The translations under genes and the position numbers were made by a program. Below, piece by piece: positions 41,516 to 51,505 of a DNA stretch of 64,000 bases. How positions within the stretch are numbered: the stretch's first letter is position 1; every line of letters starts with the position of its first letter. Below the pieces are notes generated by a model. The model did no database searches, had not been told where the DNA came from, and saw only the letters and a list, made by a program, of their open reading frames with translations. Origin of the DNA: Nitrospirota bacterium (GTDB taxonomy: Bacteria; Nitrospirota; Thermodesulfovibrionia; Thermodesulfovibrionales; Dissulfurispiraceae). The stretch spans positions 1 to 64,000 of the forward strand of contig CAWBMP010000004.1 in assembly GCA_963790025.1 (NCBI GenBank), written 5' to 3'.

Positions 41516-43144
41516 TTACCCGAGGATCGCCTTCAGGTCGGCGTCAGGGGTTGTGATGGGCATGAGATTAAAGTTCTTCACCAGGACATCCAGCACATTG
41601 GGCGTAAGAAACGCAGGCAGTGACGGCCCGATGCGGATGTTCTTTATCCCAAGATATAAAAGTGTGAGAAGGATTGCCACGGCCTTCTGCTCATACCATG
41701 AAAGCACCATGGAGAGAGGCAGATCATTTACTCCTACGTTAAAGGCCTTGGAAAGCGCTACCGCAATCTGGATTGCGGAATAAGCGTCATTGCACTGTCC
41801 CACGTCAAGCAGCCTCGGAATGCCCCCGATATCACCAAGCTCTTTGTCGAAAAAGCGGAACTTGCCGCACGCAAGTGTCAGCACGATACAATCCTTCGGG
41901 ACCTTTTCAACAAACTCGGTATAGTAGTTCCTTCCGGGTTTTGCGCCATCGCAGCCTGCAACGAGGAAGAAGTGGCGTATCTTCTTGCTTTTAACCGCTT
42001 CGATAACTGTACCCGCTACGCCCATGACTGCATCTCTGGCAAACCCAGTCATGACTGACTTGCCATCTGAATCCTCCGGGAATCCTGACAGCGCCAGCGC
42101 ACGTTCTATCACCGGAGTAAAATCATTATCGGCAATGTGGCTGATGCCAGGCCAGCCCACAAGGCCGGTCGTAAAAATATTGTCCTTGTACGAGTCCCTC
42201 GGCTCCTGCAGACAATTAGTCGTCATCAGTATGGCCCCCGGAAACTTCTCGAATTCCCTGTGCTGGTTCTGCCATGCTGTGCCATAGTGGCCGTAAAAGT
42301 GTGGATACTTCTTCAACTGAGGATAGGCATGCGTAGGAAGCATCTCGCCGTGCGTATAGACGTTGATACCCTTGCCTGCGCTCTGCTTGAGCACGTTTTC
42401 GAGGTCCCTGAGGTCATGTCCCGAAACCAGGACAGCCTTTCCCTTCTTCGCTCCGAGGGGCACCTTTGTTGGAACGGGACTGCCGTAAGTTCCGGTATTT
42501 GCGGCATCAAGGAGTTCCATTGCTTTAAGATTAACTTCACCGCACTTGAGGGCAAGTCCAACCCAGTCATTTAGGCCAAGTCTTTTATTTGTCATTGAAG
42601 CAAGGGCTTCGTGGATAAAGGCGTAAACCGAATCATCACTCTTTCCCAGGATCTGCGCGTGGTCTGCATATGCCGCAACGCCCTTTATTCCGAACAAAAC
42701 GGTATGTTGCAGAGAAAGAATATCCGGGTCAATAGAATCGTCCGACGTTAAACCCGTCTTTTCACCCTGCCGCACCAGACCTTCGAGTGTTGCTTCGGGT
42801 TTGAAGACCGCAACTGCTTCGGAAAAAGCGGCATTCCCCCCGGCAGCTTCAACCTTTTTGGCCAGACCCTCCCTGAGTTCAACGCTCTTTTTTATAAGAG
42901 CGACAAAGCTTTCTGCATTGAAATTAACATTGGTAAGGGTGGAAAAAAGAGCTTTGACCGTAAATTCGTTTACCTCTTTATCGCTCACGCCCACTTTCCT
43001 TCCCTCTGTTGCGTAAAGACCCATTCCCATCAGCGAATACACCAGCAGGTCCTGAAGTGCCGCCACATCGGGCTCTTTTCCGCAAACGCTTATTGACGAA
43101 CAACCCTTTCCCTTTGACGCCTGTTCGCACTGATAACAAAACAT
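41516..43144 (-). CDS. hcp: Hybrid cluster protein (hydroxylamine / NO reductase)
   Basis: MFCYQCEQ, SGHDL, THGEMLP, GCDG, GQCNDAY, SWYEQKAV; AGGAGG RBS before 43144. Confidence 0.97.
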   Translation of the reverse strand: MFCYQCEQASKGKGCSSISVCGKEPDVAALQDLLVYSLMGMGLYATEGRKVGVSDKEVNEFTVKALFSTLTNVNFNAESFVALIKKSVELREGLAKKVEAAGGNAAFSEAVAVFKPEATLEGLVRQGEKTGLTSDDSIDPDILSLQHTVLFGIKGVAAYADHAQILGKSDDSVYAFIHEALASMTNKRLGLNDWVGLALKCGEVNLKAMELLDAANTGTYGSPVPTKVPLGAKKGKAVLVSGHDLRDLENVLKQSAGKGINVYTHGEMLPTHAYPQLKKYPHFYGHYGTAWQNQHREFEKFPGAILMTTNCLQEPRDSYKDNIFTTGLVGWPGISHIADNDFTPVIERALALSGFPEDSDGKSVMTGFARDAVMGVAGTVIEAVKSKKIRHFFLVAGCDGAKPGRNYYTEFVEKVPKDCIVLTLACGKFRFFDKELGDIGGIPRLLDVGQCNDAYSAIQIAVALSKAFNVGVNDLPLSMVLSWYEQKAVAILLTLLYLGIKNIRIGPSLPAFLTPNVLDVLVKNFNLMPITTPDADLKAILG

Positions 43145-43237
43145 AGTATGCTCCTCCTGTAATAGAATATTTGGCCACAAGCCAATAATTAACTTCAACC
43201 CACCTTTTAAGTTTATCTTTCTGTCCGGGATATGACC

Positions 43238-43251
43238 TTGACTTAGGTCAA
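43238..43251. promoter_or_regulatory. Crp/Fnr-family (HcpR-like) box upstream of hcp
   Basis: TTGACTTAGGTCAA. Confidence 0.75.
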
Positions 43252-43261
43252 ATGGGTATTA

Positions 43262-43316
43262 ACAAAAACAAGGGGGACACTTCCCAAAATATGGGAAGTG
43301 TCCCCCTTGTTTTTGT
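43262..43316. repeat. Perfect 25-bp-arm palindrome (REP-like; may also terminate mla transcription)
   Basis: ACAAAAACAAGGGGGACACTTCCCA-aaata-reverse complement. Confidence 0.85.
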
Positions 43317-43328
43317 GCCCCTATTTTT

Positions 43329-43958
43329 TTAACTTGCCTTGTCGGCGATCATTCCTTCATCCTGCTTGTTCTTCAATCTCTTGACAAGTTCTGCATATGA
43401 GCCTGAGCCTATTATTCTATTGAACTGGTTTCTATAATTATTTACCAGGCTCACTCCCTCTATTACAACGTCGTAGACGCCCCACCTGCCGTTCTTCTTT
43501 TCCATCTTGTACGCAACCGGCACATCCATATTCTTACTCGTAATAATAATCTTTGTCTTGACTACGGCATAATCGGCGTCGCTTGTCTCTTCTGCGTACA
43601 TTACTTTGTAATCAGAATAGCTCTCGACTTTTTTGACATAGGTACGTTCCAGAAGGTCCGTGTATAATGCAACAAACTCTTTCTTTTCTTCGGGGGTCCT
43701 CTGGTTCCAATACCTGGCTAGAGAACGTTTTGCCATCTCTTCGAAATCGAAACGTTCGCTTACCACCTTGCGCATGAGCGCCCTGCGCTCTTTTGTTTTT
43801 TCAGGTTTGCGCAGTTCCTTGTTCTTCAGGATATCGATCACTTTGTCCGTTGTCTGCTTTGCCAGATCGGTAGGCTCTCCTGCATGGGCAAACGCAGCCA
43901 TCAAAAATACGATAAGGCATGTTGCAAAAAATAAATTCAACAAACTTCTCTGCTTCAT
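43329..43958 (-). CDS. mlaC: MlaC/Ttg2D phospholipid-binding protein
   Basis: FDFEEMAKRSL, YDVVIEGVSLVNNYRNQF. Confidence 0.92.
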   Translation of the reverse strand: MKQRSLLNLFFATCLIVFLMAAFAHAGEPTDLAKQTTDKVIDILKNKELRKPEKTKERRALMRKVVSERFDFEEMAKRSLARYWNQRTPEEKKEFVALYTDLLERTYVKKVESYSDYKVMYAEETSDADYAVVKTKIIITSKNMDVPVAYKMEKKNGRWGVYDVVIEGVSLVNNYRNQFNRIIGSGSYAELVKRLKNKQDEGMIADKAS

Positions 43959-44012
43959 TACAACTCCTCCTGATTCAGCGTGCTGCATGCAGCGAACACT
44001 ATAACACGTCGT

Positions 44013-44456
44013 TTATACTTTCCCATAGATGTATTTTGATATGACTTCTTCGAGATCGATGGGGGCCTCCGTCTCCCTTATTTTCCCGCCATTAACCAGC
44101 ACATTGTCAGATCCGCCCGGCGATATCTCTACATACTTTTCACCAATAAGACCCTTGGTCTTTATTGATGCAATGGCATCTTCCTGTATTTTGACCCTGC
44201 TATTAATAAAAAGTTCGAGCATTGCCTGATAATTCTTGTCCAGGCGAATGTTCTTGACCTTTCCCACCTCAACCCCGGCAATCTCGACCGCGGCTCCCGC
44301 CTTTAGACCGCCCGCCTTCGAGAATTCCGCATACAGCGCATACCCGCCGCCGCCTATTACTTCCAGCTTTCCCAGCTTTATGGAAATAAATGCAAGAGCA
44401 CAAATGCCAAGCAGCAGGAAAAACCCCGCGGACAGTTCAGCATCAAACTTTCTCAT
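44013..44456 (-). CDS. mlaD: MlaD (MCE domain)
   Basis: GGLKAGAAVEIAGVEVGKV, TKGLIGEKY. Confidence 0.93.
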   Translation of the reverse strand: MRKFDAELSAGFFLLLGICALAFISIKLGKLEVIGGGGYALYAEFSKAGGLKAGAAVEIAGVEVGKVKNIRLDKNYQAMLELFINSRVKIQEDAIASIKTKGLIGEKYVEISPGGSDNVLVNGGKIRETEAPIDLEEVISKYIYGKV

Positions 44457-44481
44457 TGCCAGCCTCCCTTTATTTTAACCT

Positions 44482-45237
44482 TCAGTATTCTTTTAAGCAT
44501 TCTATTGGTTCATCCTTACATGTACTGACAAACTGCCTCACAGCCGGTTCCTGGTTTCTCTTTATCTCATCAGGCGTGCCCGTTGCTATAATACGTCCTC
44601 CAAAGAGCATGGCCACCCTATCGGCAACATCAAATATTTCCGGGATCTCATGGCTTATTATTACTCCAGTAAACCCGTATTTCTTATGTGTATTAACAAT
44701 AAGCCTGTGAATGGAAGTCAAAATAATAGGGTCAAGGCCGGTCGTAGGCTCGTCAAAAAAGATAGTGGTCGGCCCTATGATCAGTGCCCGCGCGAGGGCC
44801 ACTCGCCGCTTCATGCCGCCGCTTATTTCAGAGGGGTACTTTTCATCGATCCCCTTAAGGCCTACATCCTCAAGTGCGCTTTTCCCCCTATCGAGAATTT
44901 CCTTTTCATTGTAATCCGTCTTTTCCCTTAACGGGAACACGACGTTCTCAAATACGGTCATAGAATCAAAGAGCGCACTGCCCTGAAATACGATACCGAA
45001 CTTTTCCCGTACTTTGTCGAGTTCCGCTTTGTTCATTTTAAATATATCGGCGCCTTCTACCAGTATGCTCCCTTTATCGGGCTTAATTAGCCCTATCAGG
45101 TGTCTCAGGAGCACTGTTTTGCCTCCGCCGCTTTCGCCGATTATGGCTATTACCTCCCTGTCGGCAATGCTCAGGTTTACCCCCCGCAGTACCTTTTGTC
45201 CGTTAAAAGATTTTTCGAGTCCGACAATTTCAATCAT
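44482..45237 (-). CDS. mlaF: MlaF ABC ATPase
   Basis: GESGGGKT, FQGSALFDS, ISGGMKRR. Confidence 0.92.
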   Translation of the reverse strand: MIEIVGLEKSFNGQKVLRGVNLSIADREVIAIIGESGGGKTVLLRHLIGLIKPDKGSILVEGADIFKMNKAELDKVREKFGIVFQGSALFDSMTVFENVVFPLREKTDYNEKEILDRGKSALEDVGLKGIDEKYPSEISGGMKRRVALARALIIGPTTIFFDEPTTGLDPIILTSIHRLIVNTHKKYGFTGVIISHEIPEIFDVADRVAMLFGGRIIATGTPDEIKRNQEPAVRQFVSTCKDEPIECLKEY

Positions 45238-45249
45238 TGTGTTTTTCCT

Positions 45250-46029
45250 TTACAACAAAACAGAACCGATGAAATAATCCCATATGAGAATCAGTACCGA
45301 GGACATAACTACCGCCTCTGTTGTCGCCGCGCTCACTCCCTCCGCGCCGTAACCGGTCTCATTGGTATAGAAGCCTTTATAACAGCATACCCAGGACACG
45401 ATTATTCCGAAACTTACCGATTTATAAATACCCATTCTTATATCAGACATGTCTACAAAATGTTCCATCTGGGAGAAATAGGTCCCTGAACTAATGCCGA
45501 GCAGCTTGACTCCTACAATGTATCCTCCGAATATTCCGATCAAATCATATACAGCGGCAAGAAGGGGGAATGCCATGATGGCAGCGACAAGGTTTGGTAC
45601 GCTCAGGTATCTGAGCGGATTCAGCGCCATAGTCGTCAATACGTCGATCTGTTCGGATATTCTCATAATGCCTATTTCTGCTGTCAGTGAAGAGCCCGCC
45701 CTGCCGGCGACCATTAATGCTGAAAGCACCGGTCCCAATTCCCGTATAAGAGCAAGGGCCACAGCAGGACCCAGCAATGCATCGGAACCGAATTTCCTGA
45801 GAGTGTAATAAAGCTGAATAGCAAGGACCATACCGGTGAAAGCTCCAGTCAGAAGTATGACTACTAAAGATCTTGTGCCGAAAAACCTGATCTGACGCCA
45901 AAGATAGCGAAACTTGAAAGGAGGCGCAAATATAAGATAAAAGGATTCGGCCAGGAAAATAACCATTCTTCCCATAGTCCGCACGGTAGCCAATCCCCAG
46001 GCGCCCAATTTCCTGATAATTTTCTCCAT
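45250..46029 (-). CDS. mlaE: MlaE permease
   Basis: RELGPVLSALMVAGRAGS, AEIG.M.ISEQID. Confidence 0.94.
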   Translation of the reverse strand: MEKIIRKLGAWGLATVRTMGRMVIFLAESFYLIFAPPFKFRYLWRQIRFFGTRSLVVILLTGAFTGMVLAIQLYYTLRKFGSDALLGPAVALALIRELGPVLSALMVAGRAGSSLTAEIGIMRISEQIDVLTTMALNPLRYLSVPNLVAAIMAFPLLAAVYDLIGIFGGYIVGVKLLGISSGTYFSQMEHFVDMSDIRMGIYKSVSFGIIVSWVCCYKGFYTNETGYGAEGVSAATTEAVVMSSVLILIWDYFIGSVLL

Positions 46030-46179
46030 TAGTCCTTCTCACCGAGCACTCAAATCGCTTATGAGTTGCGTATTGAGTGCTCAGTAACTTAATTAATAAC
46101 CTCTCCGGATATTTTCGCCCAAGCTACAAGTCGCCAGAAAACCATAGAACAAATATTATAATAGCTATGAGATTATTTG

Positions 46180-47481
46180 TCACGTCTTATTGTATGCTTT
46201 AACTCCAAGCTTCAGCGCTTGCACCTCCCCTGCATCGTACCCTGAATACAGAAAACTGAAAACGGTGTTGTTGGTAAGCAGCGGGTCCAGTGCATCATCG
46301 ATTATGGAATTTTGCACCAGTTCGTTCCATGCCCGCGTACCTCTAACAGGCGAGAATTCTGCGAGGTATATCCTGACAGCAAGGGACTGCAGAAACCCTA
46401 CGCCCTCCTTGACTTCAGACCATTGCTGTCCCGGCAGCCCGTACATAAGGTAAACACCCAGTTCATTTTTTGTAAAACCGTATTTTTTAAGCAGCGCTAC
46501 CGCCTTTATCAGATCGCTGTTGGTCACTTTGGCCCCGGTATTTTCCTGCCTTTCCCTGTTTGTTGTCTCAAGGCCCAATCTTATGGTCCTAAAACCAGCA
46601 CGCCTCATCAAGAATGCAACCTCTTCATCAACAAAACGCGCGTGAAGTCCGTTCGGCGCATGAAATCTCACGGAGAGCCCTGAAGATGCAATACCCTCCA
46701 GTATTGGCTTGATATGATTGTCGGCGTCATATAGGAGGGCATCGTCATAAAAAGCACAATCCCGGATACCCTGATTGTATAGCCCTGATATTTCCGTCAA
46801 TACCTCGTCGGGCGGACGCCTCCGGAACTTTGCGCCGGACAGGAGTTCAGATGCGCAATAGGCACACCGGAAAGGACAGCCACTCGAGGTCTGGAGAGGT
46901 GCAAAAGGGTAATCGGAGTAGAAATTGAGACTGTAATGAGGTACCGCCTTGTCTTTCTTTTTGAGCTTAAAGCCGAAGGTGGCGAGGGCAAAATTAAGGT
47001 TTTCGGCCCGTGGTCCCCTGAAGATGAAATCGGCACCGGAGGTATTTACAGCATGTTCATGATAGAGAGTAGCATAAATTCCGCCAAGAATGACGGGTAC
47101 TTCACCAGCCAACTCCCTTATCATAGCCACGGCTTTTTGCACGCCGGGATACCAGTAGCTCATAAGTGAGGTAATCATGACAGCGTCAAAAGGCATTGCG
47201 GCCTTTACCCGCCGGGCAAATTCGTCGGTGCCGATGCCGTACCGCTTGAATTTTCTCGGTACCGCTTCGAGCAGCGCCGGCTTCTTTACCTCTTCGGCAC
47301 GGTATTTCCCGGGGCCGAAACGTCCTGCTGTACAGGAATCGGTGCAATCTATGAATAAGAGCTCTGCATCGAAAGAGCTTAGATATTCGGCCACCCTCAA
47401 CAGGCCGAGCGGTCTCGCCCACAGGTTAAAAGCCGCAAAATCATATATCCATGGATTAATAAGGAGTATTCTCAGACGCAT
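46180..47481 (-). CDS. B12-binding-domain radical SAM protein
   Basis: LLINPWIYDFAA, GCPFRCAYC, PNGLH. Confidence 0.88.
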   Translation of the reverse strand: MRLRILLINPWIYDFAAFNLWARPLGLLRVAEYLSSFDAELLFIDCTDSCTAGRFGPGKYRAEEVKKPALLEAVPRKFKRYGIGTDEFARRVKAAMPFDAVMITSLMSYWYPGVQKAVAMIRELAGEVPVILGGIYATLYHEHAVNTSGADFIFRGPRAENLNFALATFGFKLKKKDKAVPHYSLNFYSDYPFAPLQTSSGCPFRCAYCASELLSGAKFRRRPPDEVLTEISGLYNQGIRDCAFYDDALLYDADNHIKPILEGIASSGLSVRFHAPNGLHARFVDEEVAFLMRRAGFRTIRLGLETTNRERQENTGAKVTNSDLIKAVALLKKYGFTKNELGVYLMYGLPGQQWSEVKEGVGFLQSLAVRIYLAEFSPVRGTRAWNELVQNSIIDDALDPLLTNNTVFSFLYSGYDAGEVQALKLGVKAYNKT

Positions 47482-47510
47482 AATATCACGACCTGTTACA
47501 ACTATTCAGA

Positions 47511-47696
47511 CACTGTAATGAAGGATATGTCTCTGAAGCGAATCGCGGAGCTTTGGCAACTGTTCCTGGCGAAATGAGCGTCAAACAGCCGCAATGTTTG
47601 AGCCCGAAAGGCGAGTTTTGCGGCTGCAGCGATTGGACCTTTAGAATAGTCAAAGCGCAGCGTCTGAGCGTAAGAGACATTTACTTCATCACACTG
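47511..47696. repeat. Nested-hairpin (MITE/REPIN-like) element
   Basis: 24-nt terminal inverted repeat (20/24); core CAGCCGCAATGTTTGAGC..GGCGAGTTTTGCGGCTG shared with 63267-63306. Confidence 0.7.
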
Positions 47697-47750
47697 TCAT
47701 TTGTAAGATAACTTCCGTACAGTTTATAGTAAACAATCGGGACATGGCAA

Positions 47751-48602
47751 ATGGGATATTACGAATTCACTATTACATTGGCGGATGAATCACGAGATGC
47801 TCTTATGCAGAGGCTTACAGGATACGGCTGTCTGGGATTCATCGAGCACGAAAAGAACATCGTCGCATATTTTAACGATGTTACCGGTATCAGAAACATC
47901 CTCCGCGAGTTGTCGGTGTGCCGAACAATTCTCAAGAATGCCGGACTTGAACACAAACTATCTTTCGATTACGTTTTCATTTCTGAGCGTGACTGGAACG
48001 AGTCATGGAAAAAGAAATTCGAGCCAATCGATGTTGGAGAACGCTTCTCCGTCCTTCCGCCCTGGGAAGTACCGAAAAAAGACCGCATCAACCTGATCAT
48101 AGATCCGGGAATGGCCTTCGGCACCGGACATCATGAGACGACGAAAACCTGTCTCAAGCTTGTCGAACGCTTCTCCGGCAATTGTGCCAAAAACAGTTTC
48201 CTCGATGTCGGCACCGGCACAGGCATTCTTGCGATAGCCGCATCGCTGCTCGGTTTTCACCGCGTAGTAGGCGTGGACATCGATCCCCTTGCAGTAGATG
48301 CCGCCCGGAGGAATACCGGTCTCAATAACCTGAAAAATATTACGATTCATGAAGAGACGGCCGGGCCCGTACTGGGCACTTTCGATTTCATTGCTGCCAA
48401 CCTGATGTCCGAAATACTCATCGGGATAGCCCCGGACCTGGCCCCCTGCTTACGTAAAGGAGGCATTGCCTTACTGTCCGGTATGCTGGTCAGTCAGGAA
48501 GACGGAGTGATTACAGCCATGGAGCAGCAGGAACTTGAATTCCTGGAAAAATATGTCGACGGCCGCTGGGTATCGGTGCTGATGGTGCGCGCTACTGTCT
48601 AA
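47751..48602 (+). CDS. prmA: Ribosomal protein L11 methyltransferase
   Basis: DW.ESWKK.F.P, IDPGMAFGTGHHETT, LDVGTGTGIL. Confidence 0.94.
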   Translation: MGYYEFTITLADESRDALMQRLTGYGCLGFIEHEKNIVAYFNDVTGIRNILRELSVCRTILKNAGLEHKLSFDYVFISERDWNESWKKKFEPIDVGERFSVLPPWEVPKKDRINLIIDPGMAFGTGHHETTKTCLKLVERFSGNCAKNSFLDVGTGTGILAIAASLLGFHRVVGVDIDPLAVDAARRNTGLNNLKNITIHEETAGPVLGTFDFIAANLMSEILIGIAPDLAPCLRKGGIALLSGMLVSQEDGVITAMEQQELEFLEKYVDGRWVSVLMVRATV

Positions 48603-48721
48603 TTCTGCGTCGCTATATGTTTGTGCAGACCTTCAACGATGATTTCCAAATCTGACTCGTCCAAGCAGGGGTAAAGGGGGCTTTGACGCACGATTTCAAG
48701 CAACTCCGTTTTGGTAATCAT
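48599..48721 (-). CDS. 40-aa microprotein, copy B
   Basis: MITKTELLEIVRQSPLYPCLDESDLEIIVEGLHKHIATQN*; GGTGA SD. Confidence 0.6.
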   Translation of the reverse strand: MITKTELLEIVRQSPLYPCLDESDLEIIVEGLHKHIATQN

Positions 48722-48727
48722 AGATTC

Positions 48728-48841
48728 TCACCATCCTTGGTAATATTCGCTTTCAACGATGATTTCCAAGTCCGACTCATCAATCCCGGAATAAAAGAGA
48801 CTTTCACGCAGGATTTCAAGTAATTCCGTTTTGGTAAACAT
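48728..48841 (-). CDS. 37-aa microprotein, copy A
   Basis: MFTKTELLEILRESLFYSGIDESDLEIIVESEYYQGW*; GGTGA SD. Confidence 0.6.
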   Translation of the reverse strand: MFTKTELLEILRESLFYSGIDESDLEIIVESEYYQGW

Positions 48842-48955
48842 AACATATCACCATCATTGGCAATATTATTATCGGGGAATATAGGAAACAGTTTAATTTC
48901 ACTTCTCACCGGAAAAAGGTGTCAATACAGATAGAGGGGCGATTGATGATTGCAC

Positions 48956-50053
48956 TCAGACGTTGAACCTGAAATTGATGATGTCCCCGTCTTTTACTTC
49001 ATATGTTTTGCCTTCCAGCCTGAGGTGTCCCTTATCCCTCGCAGCCGCCATTCCACCGTCGGCAATAAAGTCGTCATAACTTACCAGTTCCGCACGAATA
49101 AAGCCGCGCTCTATGTCGGAATGTATCTTCCCCGCGGCCTTCTGCGCCTCGGTGCCTTTTGATATGGTCCACGCCCTCACCTCATCCTCCCCGGCAGTAA
49201 GAAACGAAATAAGACCCAACAGATTGTAGCTGACCTTTATGAGCTTGTTAAGGGCCGGTTCCTCTATCCCCAGGTCATCCAGAAAGGCTTTCGCTTCATC
49301 GGCTGAAAGCTGCGCTATCTCCATCTCTATTTTTCCGCATAGCGTTGCCGCCTTAGTTGTTTCGGCAATGCCCTTTTCGGTTACATATTGCTCTACTGCC
49401 GACTGCAGTGTGTTTGCCTTGCCGCTGTTCAAATCACTTTCAGCCGTGTTTATCACAATGACTTCCGGTTTCGTCGTAATGAACTGAAGAGGCCTCATCA
49501 ATTTTTGCTCCTCCTCGTCAAAACGGATGTTCCTTAGGGGGACCTCCTTTTCAAGGGCATCCTTGCATTTCAAGAGAAGCTTCTTTTCGGCCTCGTTAGG
49601 TTTTTTTCCCTTTTTCACGCCCTCTTCCATGCGTTCAAGTCTTTTATCCACAAATTCAAGGTCCCCGAACACAAACTCAAGTTCCAGCGTCTCTATGTCT
49701 CTGAGAGGATTCACTTCATTCATAGGATGCGAAACGGAATCATCTTCAAAAGCCCTGACAACATGAACAATGGCATCCACATCCTTGATAAGGTCGAAGA
49801 CCTTCCTGTTCTGTGCCACATCACCTTTGGTAAGGCCAATATAGTCGATATATTCAACGGTAGCGTAAGTGACTTTCTTTGGTTTGTAGATTTCGGCAAG
49901 TCTGTTGATCCTGTAATCAGGGACTTTGACTACTCCGAAATTAGGTTCGCCGCTGATTGTGGGATAGATGGTGGTATCGAGGCTCTGCCCGGTGAGAGCA
50001 TTAAAAACTGTGGTCTTTCCCGCATTCGAGAGCCCTATAATCGCCAGTTTCAC
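48956..50053 (-). CDS. ychF: Ribosome-binding ATPase YchF
   Basis: GLSNAGKTT, EVRAW, AAGKIHSDIERGFIRAE, RLEGK.Y.V.DGD. Confidence 0.94.
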   Translation of the reverse strand: MKLAIIGLSNAGKTTVFNALTGQSLDTTIYPTISGEPNFGVVKVPDYRINRLAEIYKPKKVTYATVEYIDYIGLTKGDVAQNRKVFDLIKDVDAIVHVVRAFEDDSVSHPMNEVNPLRDIETLELEFVFGDLEFVDKRLERMEEGVKKGKKPNEAEKKLLLKCKDALEKEVPLRNIRFDEEEQKLMRPLQFITTKPEVIVINTAESDLNSGKANTLQSAVEQYVTEKGIAETTKAATLCGKIEMEIAQLSADEAKAFLDDLGIEEPALNKLIKVSYNLLGLISFLTAGEDEVRAWTISKGTEAQKAAGKIHSDIERGFIRAELVSYDDFIADGGMAAARDKGHLRLEGKTYEVKDGDIINFRFNV

Positions 50054-50092
50054 AGTATCTCCGGTAAATCAGTAATGAGTATAATCCTACAC

Positions 50093-50662
50093 TCATCCAC
50101 CAATGTTGGGGCATTTGACGGCTTCAAAAGCATACAGGATTCTTTTCTCCTTCTCGACCTTCTCTGAAAGACATATTTTGAAATCAGTTTCTCCCGGCAG
50201 ACGTTCTGCCTCGGACTTTGACGGAATAGCATCGAGACCCTGGGCGTATACCGTACCGTCGGCCGCATTAAGCATTTTTGCATGCTCGCCGTCCGTGATT
50301 ACTGCGTAGGGAATAAGACATTGATCGGCAATGCGGCAAAAAGCCACTGAGTGCCGCTCCCAGGATTCCATTGAACTCGCCACACATTTTACAGTGAAAA
50401 GGCGCTTTCCCTGTATCTTAACAATAATATCGGCGCGGACAGTGAAAGAGCATTCCGTCAATTTAACGCTGAAGTCCCGATTAATCTCCAGGTCACCCTC
50501 GTCATAGCCCTTCCGGAAAATCAGGAATTCAACCATTTTCTTTTGTATCTGGGTAAGCTGCAGGCCGGTGATGTATTCTTCCATTTGCACTTTTTTTGCC
50601 AGCAGCGATGCCCTTTCCTCGGGGCTTTCCGGTGCTTTACCCAGCGGGATATAGTCAGGCAT
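50093..50662 (-). CDS. PD-(D/E)xK protein resembling stand-alone HsdR N-terminal domains
   Basis: FL..KGY, RADIIV, VKC, PYAVITDG. Confidence 0.6.
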   Translation of the reverse strand: MPDYIPLGKAPESPEERASLLAKKVQMEEYITGLQLTQIQKKMVEFLIFRKGYDEGDLEINRDFSVKLTECSFTVRADIIVKIQGKRLFTVKCVASSMESWERHSVAFCRIADQCLIPYAVITDGEHAKMLNAADGTVYAQGLDAIPSKSEAERLPGETDFKICLSEKVEKEKRILYAFEAVKCPNIGG

Positions 50663-51213
50663 TATTTTAAGCCTTCTTTAAGGGTTATTGCATATTTGGG
50701 GTGCTCAAAGGGGTGTATTGCAGGAAACTTTTCGTACAGCCATCCCTTGAATATGCTTTTCCCTCCCTCAAAAATCTCTATCCGCACTGCAGGATTAGTG
50801 AGTTCGTTACTTCCGGATGTAATGCTGTTCTCGGTCATCTTAAAGTCAGGCAGAAAATCGCCTACAGCTATTTTAAGGTCGCTGTTAGGGAGCTTAAAAT
50901 CGGATTTCAGGTTTACAATATATTCAACTGTCTTTTTTGATACCTTGTCCCCTACAACCAGTATCACCTTACTCCACTTTCCTTTTACGGAATCCGGAAC
51001 AACAATGGTTTTTTCGACCTTTGGGGCCGCTCCGGCACTATCACCGTGAGGCGACATCAAAGGCTGAGCAGGCATCTGGCCCATCGGTGTCTGAAGAGGA
51101 ACAGCGGGAATCTGTTCAGCTTTCGGTACCGGCTGCTCTTCCTTTTTTTTGCACCCTGTGATCAAACCCGTAATCACAAATATGATCAGCACGATAAAAA
51201 CAAACCTTTTCAT
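50662..51213 (-). CDS. Lipoprotein, DUF2155-like C-terminus
   Basis: ITGC lipobox; NPAV, FKGWLY.KFP.IHPFEHPKY. Confidence 0.7.
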   Translation of the reverse strand: MKRFVFIVLIIFVITGLITGCKKKEEQPVPKAEQIPAVPLQTPMGQMPAQPLMSPHGDSAGAAPKVEKTIVVPDSVKGKWSKVILVVGDKVSKKTVEYIVNLKSDFKLPNSDLKIAVGDFLPDFKMTENSITSGSNELTNPAVRIEIFEGGKSIFKGWLYEKFPAIHPFEHPKYAITLKEGLK

Positions 51214-51324
51214 ACATTTACCTCCATTAAAAAGCTAAGTGATAAGAGTCTCCAGCCCAGAGCTAAAAGATATTTCTTTTGCTCTTAGCTCTTGGCTCCG
51301 GTCCCTTAGCTTGCCTTATTTAAC

Positions 51325-51417
51325 TGGCGGAGAGGCAGGGATTCGAACCCTGGGTGGGGTTTGACCCCCACAACCGCTTAGCAGGCGGCTGCCTTCGACC
51401 GGCTCGGCCACCTCTCC
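51325..51417 (-). tRNA. tRNA-Ser(GCT)
   Basis: GGAGAGG acceptor stem, CTGCTAA anticodon loop, long variable arm, GTTCGAATC, encoded CCA. Confidence 0.95.
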
Positions 51418-51505
51418 ATTAAGTTAGATATTAATATTATCAATTAAAGCACGGAATTGTAAACCTTTTATGCGGCAACTTTTTCCGGTAAGCTATAATT
51501 AACGG

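Noticed and set aside
47486..47680. 64-aa ORF, and ORFs 63069..63401 and 63314..63517
   Set aside because: They fall on palindromic repeat elements or overlap real genes, with no protein motifs
50093..50662. Type I restriction-modification system
   Set aside because: Only a small nuclease-like domain; no hsdM, hsdS or helicase
51325..51417. tRNA-Sec, or a prophage integration site
   Set aside because: Anticodon is GCT (Ser); no integrase or duplicated 3' end seen
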